A stretch of 61,306 bases of DNA, the filler included. It is 10 parts of 10 records of this genome, joined end to end, with 100 filler letters (N's around TTAATTAATTAA, not from the genome) between each part and the next. Parts side by side here need not be neighbours in the genome. Positions count along the whole stretch, not along the records: positions 19,066 to 28,442 come from SRR7504441_2251; positions 28,543 to 35,327 come from SRR7504441_2255; positions 35,428 to 41,670 come from SRR7504441_2258; 7 more parts are not named here. One strand, written 5' to 3'. Positions 23,303-35,430 of the stretch are shown here, in pieces. The notes beneath the pieces were generated by a model, which saw only the letters and a program-made list of their open reading frames with translations, was not told the DNA's origin and did no database searches. Numbering within the stretch: the stretch's first letter is position 1; the number at the start of each line of letters is the position of its first letter. The position numbers and the translations under genes were made by a program.

Positions 23303-26300
23303 TCAGATTGCGTTCACCCACTTTTCGTAAAACTCGCGATACTCCTTGAACCCGACAATGTTGTCTTCCTGCCTCTGCAGCCGCTGCTGGCAGAAGTTTC
23401 GAATGTTTTCCCAGATATTTTTCTCGCGCTCGACTGCAGTCTTGCACACCTCAGCTTCAGCCTTGGCATCAGCACCACCGCCTGCAGATATCTTTGCAGC
23501 AGCAGCTTGCTCGGCGACCTTACACTCTCCAGCCATCTTGATGCTCAGCTTCTGCAAGCTCTGATACATCTTGCCCATCTGCTTCATATATATATTCTCC
23601 ATCGGCAGTGCCGCAGTCAGCATGAAGTGGTATAGCGCCTCAGCAGCCAGCGCTGAGTTGTCAATCTTGCCCGACGAGAGCATGTTAACCAGCTTGGCCA
23701 TCCAAGCCCAGCCATACCCATCAAGCCCCCCGCCCAACTGGCTAGATAGCGCCCTGGTCCCTGCTCCTACCGCTAGCACGCCAAAAAGGCACATCTGCCT
23801 CTTCGTGATCGTGTTGAGCTTGATAACGTTCGGAAGGCTCTCGCCAATCCACTGGAGCAGCTTAGGCTTTGTCTCACATCCGGCTGGCAGCTGGCTGCCG
23901 GCCCCGACTTCATCTAGCCAGCTCTTGATTGCAGGCGCGTCCATTTTGTGCAGGTCGCGGACCAGTTCGAGCCTGTGGAGCATCAGCAGCTCGCACTCCT
24001 GCATCAGCCAGCCCAGCCCCACCTGCCACATCTCAGTACGGGCACACTGACCACAGGCGGACCTCGCGTAGGCCCGGGCTCAGCGCGAGCAGCTGCAGCA
24101 GCACATACCCAAACACTAGGAACCTTTCACGGCACTGCTTGTCATCAAACTTTTCGATCTTCCTGCGCATAAGGTCCTGGAGCACCCAGCACAGAGCTGC
24201 CGCCTGAGAACCCTCGCCACTCGCAGGGCGCTCAAGAACTGTCGCTGCGAGCTTTGCAGCGACCGCCTGCGGGGAGCTGGGAACCGAAGCGTTAGCTGGA
24301 ATCCCAAACCCGAGCACCTGCGCTCGTGAGTCAGCCATGCCTGGGGGCAGTACTCGCACCATCATGGGTGGTCCAAAGCTCTTCTTGAGCTGGGCGAGGC
24401 TCTGTTTGGACATGCCGTCCAGGCTGCGCGAGTCGGGCTGGCTGATCCAGCTCCCGCAGCTTTCGAGGGCCTTGTCGCGCAGCCTCTCACAATACTGCTG
24501 TGCGTGCGGGATCGGCTCGGGCTGCACCAACCGATTAGACTCCACAGCCACCAAAGCTACCTGAGCGGCCGCCTCTCCACCAGCCCCCGACACCGGCTGC
24601 TTTGCCTTCGCCTCCTCCGCCTTCGCTTTCGCCTCTTCCGCTTTTTTGGCCTTCTCGGCAGCAGCCTTTGCGGCTGCAGCCTTCTCGGCAGCGGCTTTCT
24701 CGGCAGCTGCCTTGGCCGCCGCCGCCGCCGCCTCTTTCTCGCGCCGGTCGGCATCCACAAACTGCCCCGCGAGCTGGGCCGCTCGCTGCCTGGCCGCAGC
24801 CAGCATCTGTTCCATCTGCTTGAGCTCCTGTCGGCAGCTCAGCCCAGCCCGAGCTCGCGGATCCACCGGGCTTTCACTGTACTGCATGGCCGAGCTGTTA
24901 AGCTGCTCAATCTGCCGGTTGATTATCGAACCATCCGACCCGATGCTGGCCGGCTGCCCCCACCGATCAGCCGGGCCGAGCCGTGCCGGGCACCTGCTTG
25001 CTGCTGGCCAGCTCGTGTCGGATCCGATCGTGCTCGTTGTCGCACTCGCCGTACCCTCGCGCCAGCTCAGACTGCCGGTCCTGTTGCTGCTGCTCGAGCT
25101 GGTAGCTCTGTCGGACCGCGTCGAGCTCCTCGTCCCCGTACGGCGCTAGCTGGGGCGCCGGTTGCTGGATCGACCAATTTGACGCCGTCACAGACCAAGC
25201 TCCACACGCCTCGCTCGCTGACTCGGCAGTCGCCTCCCACCCGCCCTGCGCTCGCGGTGAGCCATCAGCAGGCCGGCCGCCCCACCGCCCGCTGCACCCT
25301 CGGCCCTGAGCTGTTGATCTCTGGCGGCACTTGCACTGCCGCTAGCTCATTCTCCAGCAGCCGCGCGCAGTCCCGCACCAGCTGCCCCCAGGCTCGCCCG
25401 CGCCCAGCCACCTCGCAGCACCGCCGGCGGATCGTTGCACATTCGCTCGCGATGCAGGGTCAGCGCGTTCCCGAGGGCATCCCGTGCCTCCCTCCAGAGC
25501 ACTGCCTGGACCAGCTGGCAGTAAGCACTAATCCAGCTCTGCTTTGTGAGCTGCGACGTCGCAAACTCGCCGAGCAGCACGTCACCGCTCGGCCAGCCCG
25601 GTCGGACCAGCTCCTGCCGTCGCTCAGCCCCAGTGCCCGGAGGGGCGCACCTCTAGGGCTTCCCTCAGTGCGCAGCTCGCCTGCCCAGGCTCCTGGCTGG
25701 CCACGTGCTCCCACAGCGCGCCGGCCTGGTCGTAAACGCTGCCCATTGGCCCACAGGAGCCCAGATCCTGCCCGGCCAGCTCCGGCCGCCGGCCCTTGGG
25801 GCCGACCGACCGCCTGCGCCATGAGCTTTTTGAATTTTGCTGTCGTAGACCAAGCAAGCAGCGAACGGTTGTCCAGCCGGCTGGCCTCCCCGGCGTCCTC
25901 CAGCGCCTCTGGGTAGCACCGCTGCCGCCGGGCTCGCCCCGGCCTGTCTGGGAGGGCCACCATCTCCCAGCGGACAATTGCCCGCCAGGTAAGGAGACTA
26001 GCCCAATTCCGATGGTCTGTCGAGAGCACCAGCGGCTCCTCGATCACCGCCCCGGCCGCCCGCAGCACCGACACTTGCTCCACCGTCTTACTCACCAACT
26101 GCCCCCGCTCCCGCCCGGACCCCGTGCCGGTGCCACCTCAATGCACCGCCCGAGCACCTCGACTGCCTCCTCCAGCCGCCCTCGAAGTGGTGACCCCGAA
26201 ATCCGGCCCAGCTGCGCGCTCCGGAGCAGCGCGAAGCCGAGCGCCCCCAGCACCGCCACCAGGTCTTCTCGCCCCGCCCCGAACCCGCGCGCCGCGTGAC

Positions 26301-26688
26301 GGAGCGCCTGCGTGTCAGCTCAGCCCCGCGGCCGGCCCGGCTGCTGCCTCGATCGCCCGCTCGGGGCTCGTTTCTGCCCGGGCGGTGTCCAAGATGGCGC
26401 GGACCCCCGGCTGCCCCCAGTCGGGCCGGCCCCGGGCGGGCGGCGCACCCGGAGAGAGAGCAGTCGGGTAGGGTCGGGCGGGGCTGGGCTCCCGTCGGCC
26501 GGCTGGCCGGCGGCGCGCGGACCGAGCAGCCCGGCCACTGGGTGTCCCCAGACTGGGCCAGGGCCGGGGCAGACCAGCTCGGCCAGCGTGGCCGGACCCA
26601 CCAGCTGGCTGCCCCAGCTGCCCGTGAGCAGCGAGTCGGGCATCTCGAGTCGAGTCGAGAGTCCGTTACTGCCCCGGGACATAGCCAT
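23303..26688 (-). CDS. GLE1: GLE1-like mRNA export factor / nucleoporin with long N-terminal region
   Basis: C-terminal GWAWMAKLVNML...EALYHFM...YMKQMGKM matches the Gle1 GWxWLAxxLN...FL...YxxQFxK signature, preceded by an A/E/K-rich coiled coil. Upstream exons are joined by about 40-nt introns; the extent of the 5' part is less certain. Confidence 0.6.
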
Positions 26689-26732
26689 AGCCGGGAGAAC
26701 CATCCCGCCTTGCTCGCGACCCAGCACCCCAA

Positions 26733-28146
26733 ATGCTCGCCCGGCCGAGCCTCGAGCAGCTGCTCGCCCCGGACCAGAAGCTCGCCGGCCAGGTGCTCCG
26801 GCCCGGCCCCCGCCGGCCGAGCCCGCCCAGCTCATTCCGCGGTTCGCGGCCAAGGTCGGCTGCGACCAGCCGGAGGTCCTTGCAGCCCTGGTGGCGGCCC
26901 CGGACCGGCGCGCCGCTCACTGGATCGGGCAGGTGGAGGACTGCGCTCAGATCGAGGACGTGGTGCCGCATAATCTGGACGGGCTCGGGCTGCTGATGGA
27001 CCGGGCGCTCGGAGAGCCGGAGCTTTACGCCGAGCTGGCCGCGCTCGAGGTGCCGGCGGGCCGGCCGGGGGGCACCGCGGGGGCAGATTGAGATGATGAA
27101 GGAGGTGATGCCGGCCCTGCCGGACAGGGCGGACGCGGACTTCTACTTGGTCTAGTGCAGGCCGGGGGCCGGGCGAGCCGAGGGCAGGGGCTCCAGTTCT
27201 ATTCGGACGGCGGGTGCGGTATGCCGGGGCATCAGCTGGACAACCTGATGGACTTGCTTGCGAGTGGCAGCGAGTCGGTGCGTTACCTGGCCGGCCCGGG
27301 CTCACTGGCTCGGAATACAGCCCGAGGAGGTGCAGCACACTAGGGCCAAGGGGTACGCCCAGCTGGGGCCGGCCGCGTTCCAGCGGCTGGCGGTCCGGCT
27401 GCGGTGCTACGCGATGCTTCAGACCGCGTCGGCGCTGGGCGACGACTCGTTCCCGCCGGAGCTCATGCGGTTCATAAGCCAACTGCTCCCTGGGGCAGGG
27501 GCGGGGTCGCTGCAAGACCTCGGGCTGGTGCTCCGGTCGGCCGACCAGTGAGCTCCCGGCGACGGGCGGGCTGAGCGGGCGGGCAGGGACGAGCTGGCCG
27601 GGCTGCTCACCCCCGGCCAGTTGGCACAGGCCCAGCCGATCATCGAGAAATTGGCCTGCCAGAGCGAGGAGGACGTCTCTGCGCTCGAGGAGCAATTCCG
27701 CTCGTTCGAGATGTCTCTAGACCCGGACCAGCGGGCCCAGCTCAGCGCGCGGGCGAGACAGATCGGAGCTCAGGAGCAGCAGGTGCCAGAGGAGATAGTG
27801 GAGCAGATGGCAATCGAGGCTCAGCGCGAACAGGCTCTAGTAGAGAGGAAGGTGCTAGAACAACTCCTGACCGAGCCGCAGCTGGAGGAGTACGACATCA
27901 TCCGCAAGTACCTGGCCGGGCTGGACCAGCTCGACGGCGGCGACATGGCACAGGCGAGGAGTAAGATTGTGATGGAACACCTCGCGAGTATTATGACCAC
28001 CGAGCAGGCCCAAAGGTGGCGCAGCCCGCGGGCTAGGCGAGCTTGGCTGCAGGCTATTCGCGACGCTCGACGCGGCTTCGACTGCAGGTAGGGATAAGGC
28101 GATCGCTGATTTTGTCAAGACTCGCTGCGTGAAAGCGCCTGAGTAG
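26733..28146 (+). CDS. Hypothetical helical protein, multi-exon
   Basis: MLARPSLEQLL... can be spliced through about 40-nt introns into ORF 27621..28091 and a last exon ending VKAPE-TAG. No family recognised. Confidence 0.5.
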
Positions 28147-28739
28147 TCGCATAGTCACCAGGCAACAACGTTTAATTCAGATCGTGCCCTTGATGAGTGG
28201 GGGGGCGCGGTCTATTTGTGTTTCCAGACCGATGGTGCCAACTGAACTTTGACCAGCGGGGAAGCCCCAGGATTCCAGAGATAGTCTCATAATATTTGAT
28301 AACAGAAAAAGACCACCAAGTCACGCATGGTGTGTGCAGAGTTGTAAATCGTTTTAATGATTAGTTACTCTACTAAACCGCTTACTGAAAAACTGCCCTA
28401 CAACCATTAGCTATCATCAAGGGGCGGGTGTGAGTACACCCANNNNNNNNNNNNNNNNNNNNNNNNNNNNNNNNNNNNNNNNNNNNTTAATTAATTAANN
28501 NNNNNNNNNNNNNNNNNNNNNNNNNNNNNNNNNNNNNNNNNNAGTGACACTTTGAGTCCCAAGCTACTGAATTGCATCGTGTGGAGTACTTACGAGTAAC
28601 ACACCGGTTTCCGTGTCGGGTCGACTAGGGGTCGACAGCCATTTGCCTAGTTGTGACGGTGTAACGGTGAGTGATTGGGTATGCTACATAAACTTATCCA
28701 TAATTAAAAGTTATATTTAGTCTATATTTAGTCAGCTTG

Positions 28740-29129
28740 CTATCGCTTCGCTAACCACTGCTTGAGTTCGATCGTGGACGGCACCCTGCGTGACCTCGGC
28801 TGCCAGCCTTGCCTCTCCCAGTGCGCCTGCACTTCGGCCTCCCCTGCCTTGGCGCGCGGCGCCCCACTCAGAGTCGCCGCACTGATCGGTTCGACTGGCG
28901 CGACCGCTGCCAGCTCCGGTTCGGCCTCCGACGCCTCGCCCGGCGAGTCGTAGCGGCTGAGCAGCGCGCTCACCCGGGATCGGGGCACCGGCGGCAGCTG
29001 CGAGAGCCGGGTGACTGGCCCGGGGGGCTGCTGCGGCGCAAGCAGGCGCTGGGCAGCCAGCTCGGCCCGGGCGGCGCTCTCGAGCGCCCGGTCCACCTCT
29101 GGAGGGTGGCGGCACTGCTGGCGCCGCAT
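28740..29129 (-). CDS. Small hypothetical low-complexity protein
   Basis: Open frame with coding-like composition ending just before an AT-rich intergenic tract. No motif recognised. Confidence 0.35.
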   Translation of the reverse strand: MRRQQCRHPPEVDRALESAARAELAAQRLLAPQQPPGPVTRLSQLPPVPRSRVSALLSRYDSPGEASEAEPELAAVAPVEPISAATLSGAPRAKAGEAEVQAHWERQGWQPRSRRVPSTIELKQWLAKR

Positions 29130-29256
29130 TTGGAGCTGAGTGATGACTCGTTGAGTGGCTGGTCGGTCCTTTGGTGGTCGTGACCGGCCCTTGCGGGGCT
29201 CCCTTGCTTTGCCAGAGGGCAGCAGCTGCCGGATCCGTTAACTCTCGGATCTCAGC

Positions 29257-29878
29257 ATGGTGACCAGAGTCGGTGAGGGAGTTGGCTGAGGGTGTGGCAG
29301 GGCGGGGCGTCATCTCAGGACATGTGGGTGGACCACATGCTCAAGATCGAGGACATTGACAGCGACAAGCTCTGGAAGGAGTACGACAAGGACGAGTCGG
29401 GGCATCTGTCCAAGGGGGAGGCCAAGCAGGTTGTTCTGGACATTGCCAATGCAGTGAGTGCCACTGGCTGCCCTGGTGCTGATCACGCAGCCGGTGGCAG
29501 ATGGTGGAGGCGTACGATAAGGGGGTGGACCAGGCCTGGGACAAGATGACCTCCGAGGAGAAGGCGATGATGGAGGCGCTCGGCGGGAAGAAAATGCTCG
29601 AGGCCATGAAGCCGGTGATCGAGGCGCTCAGCCAGCAGCTCAAGACACAGCAGCAGGCGCTGCCCGCTGCCGTCCGAGCCGGTGAGCCGGGTGCAGCTCG
29701 ACGTGATGTTCGCCGATATGGACGCCGACGGGAACGAAAAGGCCCGGGGCCGGTGCCTGCCGGCGGCTGAGCCGGGCGGCAGATCTCACGAGCCGAGTTC
29801 GACCAATTCCTGAAGGATGGCGCCGCCAAGTTCACCGAAGAGCTCGGCGGTGGACCGGAAGGGTGCGCGCAGCAGTGA
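29257..29878 (+). CDS. EF-hand protein with predicted N-myristoylation site and C-terminal CaaX box
   Basis: ATG-only first coding exon plus intron 29260-29300 gives MGGASS. EF loops DKDESGHLSKGE and DADGNEKISRAE, the latter restored by GC-AG intron 29742-29782. Ends CAQQ-stop. Confidence 0.75.
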
Positions 29879-30118
29879 GCGTGGCACCGCAGCGCCGTGT
29901 CCGTTGTGTCCATCTCCGCGCGTATTAGTTTTACGATAAATTTACGATACATGGTATTCGGGCCAATGCCACGTACGAGCAGACGTGCTGTACTACCAGA
30001 CATTTATTTGCTGAATAGACCTCGCTATGCTTGTTGCTCTCGACTCGCGTACGTCCTGGCGGGCTAGGACTCAAGTGCAATGTGCCTTGTACGCCTTTAG
30101 CAATGCCTGTGAAAGGCC

Positions 30119-31323
30119 TTAGAATGCACTGCGCAAGCAGCACGCGGACACCTTGTGCCACTTTTTCTGTGCCGACTTGGCCAGAAAGCTAACCACCGCC
30201 GGCGACACGGCGCCCTGCTCAGCCTGGGTCAGCCCAAACACGAGTATCAGGACTACCCCGGGATCAGACAGGATGCTGCAATAGCGCGCCGCGCCGTCAG
30301 GGTGCTCAAAGAACACGTCCACCTGGAACAAAGTCTCGGCTCGAATGTAGTTGCCCGTGGCCGGCTCGGCATCGTTTGCCGCGCCCGATATTGTCACAAA
30401 CAGATGGTTTCCCGGGTGCTTAAACGTGATCCTTCTATCTACAATCTCCCGGCCCTGCAGACAGCTGGCTCGGGGCCCGGAGGCGGGCTCGCCTTGGCCA
30501 TCATCACCCCAGCATACTGGAACCTGCAGATCTGATCCTGCCCCGGAGTGCTCGCCTTCTCCTCAAGCACCTTGCCACAGTGAGCCGGCTGGCTGCCGGG
30601 GGGCACCTTGGCCTTGATCGAGTTGGAGCCGTACTTCTTCTCCCAGCTCTGTCTCAGGCTAGTGTCGTTGTACAACCGAAACAGCTCCGAGACCTTCCCA
30701 TTGGGTACCACGTTCAGAATTTTCAGCATCGTAAACTTGGACGCCTCGTCGTCCTTTGAGGCTACCCGCAGCCCCTCGGCCTCCACTACGGAGCTGTACT
30801 CCCGCGACTTGGCTTCCTCCAGCCCGCGCCGCAGCTCTTCAGCCAGCGGCGAGAACAACTCCGGAGCGGCCGACTGCACTGCTTCCAGCGCTGCCGCCAC
30901 CCCGGCGGCGTGCACAAAGCCCGGTGCGTCCAGCCCCTCCTCCGCCGGCTCCCCGGAGCCGTGGCAAAACTCCAGCCCGGCCTCCTCCTCCGGCCCCTCG
31001 GCCGGGGCTGCGTCGGCGGGTCCGGAGCTCTCGCCCAGGTCCCGGATTACCCGGCGCAAGTCGCTGTTGACCCAGAGCGCCTCGGCCCCAGAGGCCGCGG
31101 CGCTGACTCCGTCGCCCAGCTCGTCCAGCTCGTCGCCGAGCCTCTCCACAGTGTTGCCCAGCTTGTCTTTGACTGCAGTGAGCTCGTAGTCGATCCGCTC
31201 CTCGATGTCGGCGCACTGGTCCTTCACCCACTGGAACCACTGCGGCGTGCTCACCAGCTGCTTTGCCTCCGGCGTGGCCTCGGGCGCCGCCCCCCTCGGT
31301 GAACCTTTCGGCGGGGTCTCCAT
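30119..31323 (-). CDS. START (lipid-binding) domain protein
   Basis: YNDTSLRQSWE, GREIVDRR, YIRAET, SDPG and VSPAVVSFLAK follow the START fold motif order. Confidence 0.75.
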
Positions 31324-31390
31324 CTGGCGCGCCCCAGCCACTAAGATTTCCGTTGGAGTTGGACGCCCGCCAGCCAACTGAGCAGTCACG

Positions 31391-32722
31391 ATGGGTGGCC
31401 TGGCTCAGCTTGTTGGGCTGGCTCTGCTGCTCTGCGGCTCAGCTTGTTCGGCTATCGAGGCTCCGCGGCTGTCCGATTGGATGGGGGACCTGCTGCCGCT
31501 GATAGCCAACCAGACACTCCTGGACATCAGCATGGTCCAAACTCACAACTCGCTGTCCAGCGAGCTCACCACCACCATCTCCGACAACTGCTTGGGCGCC
31601 ACCGCCGTCGAATCGGCCATCGCGCACGACGCTACAATCCTGCCCAAAGGCCTCAATCCTGAAGGCGTGTTTGCGCAGCGCTGGGCGCGCGTTCAGTCTA
31701 TGGATATCATACAGCAGCTGGACAGCGGAGTGCGCGTGATCGACTTCAGAATGATCTGGACGGCAGCGGCGGACAAGCTGTCTTCGTCCACGCATGACTG
31801 GTATGCAAACCACCGGGTGCAGTCCACGGAGACTGCATTGTCCTATCTGGGGAGGATACGGGACTGGGCGGTGGCCCACCCGAACGAGATTCTACAAATC
31901 GAGATTTCGAGGCACGCGGGAGATAGCTACCCATACACCCCTAGATCTGCGCTGACTAGTTTCTACACAGAGGTTGTGGATCTCTTTGGCACCCTGCTTC
32001 TCAACCACACAGCCCATCCTGTGGCTACGACAGCAATTGGACAGATGGTACGAGCAGGGCAGAGGGTGCTACTCGAGCTAGCTGACTACGCGAACATGAC
32101 CTCTGGTGGCAGTGATCTGGCGTCGGACAGGAGCCACCCCCCGACCCGCGAGTGTGCAAGTATACCTGATTTCAACGGGGTAAGTGCAAATATCGAGGGA
32201 GCGCTGCGCGCTTGTTGCACTGGTGACGGATCCAGGCAAGCAGGCTCGCTCACACAGCTTGCGATCGGGGTTGATCCCGACCCGGATGTCTACGAAGATT
32301 CTGCTGAGGTGTTCTTTTCGCCCATCAAGAGTGGACTGATCAAAAAGTGCGCCCAGGACATAGGTTTCTCCGCTCTATCCGGAAAGTGGTGCCCTGCTGG
32401 GATTCAAGATTACAACCACTTGCAGGGCTATTATGCCCAATTCTTTCTGGAAGCTGTGACCAATCAGTCGCTGAGCCTGCCCAACACAATCTTTGTCAAC
32501 GATTTTGGACCGAATGGGACGTTGATGATTGGCAATGGCAAGGGATACGCTCTCATGGATGTGGTGCTGCTTGCTAATGTTAGGACGGCATGTGATAAGC
32601 ATAGTGCCCCGAGTGGCATGTGTGATCAACTAGAGCAAGCGTTGTTGCGCCGCAAGGCGTCGAATCCACTGCAGCTGTGGGTCGATCCTGACCAAGGTCG
32701 GCAACCTACCCCGCCAAACTAG
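31391..32722 (+). CDS. Secreted PI-PLC X-domain-like phosphodiesterase, intronless
   Basis: Signal peptide; LSDWMG, THNS, QSMDIIQQLDSGVRVIDFR and HPNEIL. Confidence 0.8.
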   Translation: MGGLAQLVGLALLLCGSACSAIEAPRLSDWMGDLLPLIANQTLLDISMVQTHNSLSSELTTTISDNCLGATAVESAIAHDATILPKGLNPEGVFAQRWARVQSMDIIQQLDSGVRVIDFRMIWTAAADKLSSSTHDWYANHRVQSTETALSYLGRIRDWAVAHPNEILQIEISRHAGDSYPYTPRSALTSFYTEVVDLFGTLLLNHTAHPVATTAIGQMVRAGQRVLLELADYANMTSGGSDLASDRSHPPTRECASIPDFNGVSANIEGALRACCTGDGSRQAGSLTQLAIGVDPDPDVYEDSAEVFFSPIKSGLIKKCAQDIGFSALSGKWCPAGIQDYNHLQGYYAQFFLEAVTNQSLSLPNTIFVNDFGPNGTLMIGNGKGYALMDVVLLANVRTACDKHSAPSGMCDQLEQALLRRKASNPLQLWVDPDQGRQPTPPN

Positions 32723-33029
32723 AGTTCTCGCACGTGCCGGCACTGACAATTATAAAAACTGTAAAATGAGAGTCCTTAACATGATTCTCTGATGTAGCCT
32801 TTATTCTACTCAGCAACTCTTTCAAAGAACACTATTGTACAGTATGTATAACTTTGTCTTAATCGGCGCGATCTCCATCTTCTGCGATCTAAGTGTGGCC
32901 CAATATGACATTGTGCCTATTCTCAACTCGTACAACTTGTCAGACTACCTCTAGACTACCTCGCTCGCACAAAACAAGTTTTGATAAAACTTTGAGGCAG
33001 ACACACAAGGCCAATGGCACGGGTGGAGC

Positions 33030-34780
33030 TCAGTATAGTGATGCTGGCATTGGATCAAATTTGAATGCTGGCATCATCAGAAACTCCACATACTCCTTCA
33101 CAGTGTCAACCTTGTGCTTGTAGCCTTCCGGGCTGAGGAAGCTGTTGTGATCAAGCTCATTTGCATTCTGCCGGCAGGAAAACCCGGGTGTGTTGGTTGC
33201 TGGGTTGCTTTTGCACCCCTCAGGCGTCTGCATGTAAGCCACGATCTTGGCGCAATGTTGGTTGGGTCCGCACTTGGCTCCAAGCATGGTGCTAAGCGGC
33301 AGCAAATTGCGCTTGCCCAGCAATGTCTCCTGGTACGGAACCACTTTGCTTTCGTCATCTGGGCTCCAGTACCCCAGCGTAGTCGATTGATATGGCCCGA
33401 TTTCACCTGCACACGATCAGTCGCCGTTTGGACTGACGCTCGCTGTCGCTTTGACACAGTTGGGGCTCAGACTAGGGTTACCGTCGGTTTCGCTGCCAAG
33501 GAAAATAGCTGCTTCGAGTCTTCCGAAGTTATCATAGAACTGTTCGTTTTTGCCGAATCTGTCGTTTGGCACACACTTGGCTGCGCCTCCTGAATAGATA
33601 CAAACAACAGTTGATTAGCCAGGACAGCAGCTGAACACTTTTATGACAGGGGTGTGGTGCTAGAACCTTCACACTTTTTCAACCCGCACGCACTGCAATG
33701 CTTTCCGCATGTACCAAACCTCTTCAGTCTTGTCCAAAAGCCTTTTGGGCAGTCAGGATTCTCAGGGAATTCGTTGTTGATGAGTGAGAGGAATTTAGAC
33801 TGTATTTGGTACCGCGCATACCTCGACTTTTTCTGGGGCTTCCAATATCCAGGGAATGTGAGATACCTTTGAAACTGCTTTTGGAAAGCCGTGTACACAA
33901 TTGTAGATTCAGTCCCGCGACCCAGCATAGCCAGCAAGTTTCTGAGTAGTCTCCAGCCTTTTCCTTTGCGGCGAATGTAGTCTGCAGTTTTTATCATGTT
34001 GGCAATCTTGCGGTAATCTGAGATTCCCCTGCACCCACAGCGAGTGAGACGCACGTACCAACTGTTAAGGGGCTAGTAACAACAATATCAGTATCATCAT
34101 TAAAATGATTGCTTGCTCACTGTTGGGGGCCAGCAAGGGAGACCAGAGTCTTGATGTTGTGATTGTTCCAGATGGTTACTAAGCCCCTGCAGATGACAGC
34201 ACCTTGAGAGTGGCATACGAGATTGATCCCATCCTTGAAGTATGCTGGGTTTGCCTTTATCTTCTCCTCGATGAAATCTCGGACCTTTGTCACAATAGTA
34301 ATCAAGACCCGACAGTAACGATTACATGAGAAATCATGAGCGCGGCTTTGTACCTTATCTACGTGGGTCATCATCTGGCTGTCTTTGTGATAGTCTGTGC
34401 TGAAAAATGAGCCGGGACTGTCTTCGAGAATGTTAATTGGGATCCAATCTTTTGTTTTATCGAATCCTTGGTCTCGGTAGTTGGCTTCCAGGTAATCCCG
34501 GATCTCATCACCCGAATCTCCGCTGTTGCCGATCCTGTCCACCAATCGCATGCTTATATCTATCTGCCATTCTACCCATGCATGAAGAAAGTCGGCCGGA
34601 AACGTAATGAGTATCGCCCAGACTGGACCAGGCTGTCCGCGGCCCGGAGCGTCTCCTCAGCGCCTGGGCGCATCTCGGGAACCACCGCATCTGCGGGCCC
34701 TTGGGGTTCGGCGGAGCAAGACGCGATGAGGGAGATGGCGAAGAAGAGAGTGAAGGTCTTGCGAAGAAACTGCCCCGGGT
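33030..34780 (-). CDS. Palmitoyl-protein thioesterase (PPT) family hydrolase
   Basis: Signal-like N-terminus; spliced PTFFMHG/IGNS, nucleophile CHSQG, LVSLAGPQQG, YWKP...SKFLSLINNE and late DHNSF. Start codon unresolved. Confidence 0.8.
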
Positions 34781-35430
34781 CTGGTCAGCGCGCGTCCGGC
34801 CTACATCACCAGCCCGGGGGCAGGGGCGATCAGATGCGGGGGCGATCAGAACGAACAGACCAGTGCTCGGAGGTCAAGGTCAGCAAGCCAGGCAAGCCGG
34901 ACCGGACCCAAACTTGTGAGCTGACCAGACCGGACTGGACGGGCCTGTTGGACCGGATCGGGGGCTCAGGAATCGAGAGCCGGGGCAAGCCGATCCGCCC
35001 GGGAGCAAGACCCGTTGGCAGGGGGGGCGAGCCGATGGCCCACGGGAGCGCGTCCGAGACCGGATGACCAGAGACCAAGATTTGGGCCCGACCTGGTGAT
35101 CAGGACCCGAATGGAGGCCTAGACCGCCGCGGCTCCAGGCTCTCGCAAACGAGGCGCGGGCCGGCGCAGGGGCGAGCCGCGATGAGCAGGCCGGGGCCTC
35201 AGAAGCGCCGGCCGGGGTGGAACGCCACCCATAACAGCCGGCCAGACCGGGCGGGTGCGCACGGTTACCGGCATTTGTTGCGGGTTGTGGTGGACCAGGT
35301 GGCTCGGGTTGCAGAGCAGGCAAGCCCNNNNNNNNNNNNNNNNNNNNNNNNNNNNNNNNNNNNNNNNNNNNTTAATTAATTAANNNNNNNNNNNNNNNNN
35401 NNNNNNNNNNNNNNNNNNNNNNNNNNNGCC

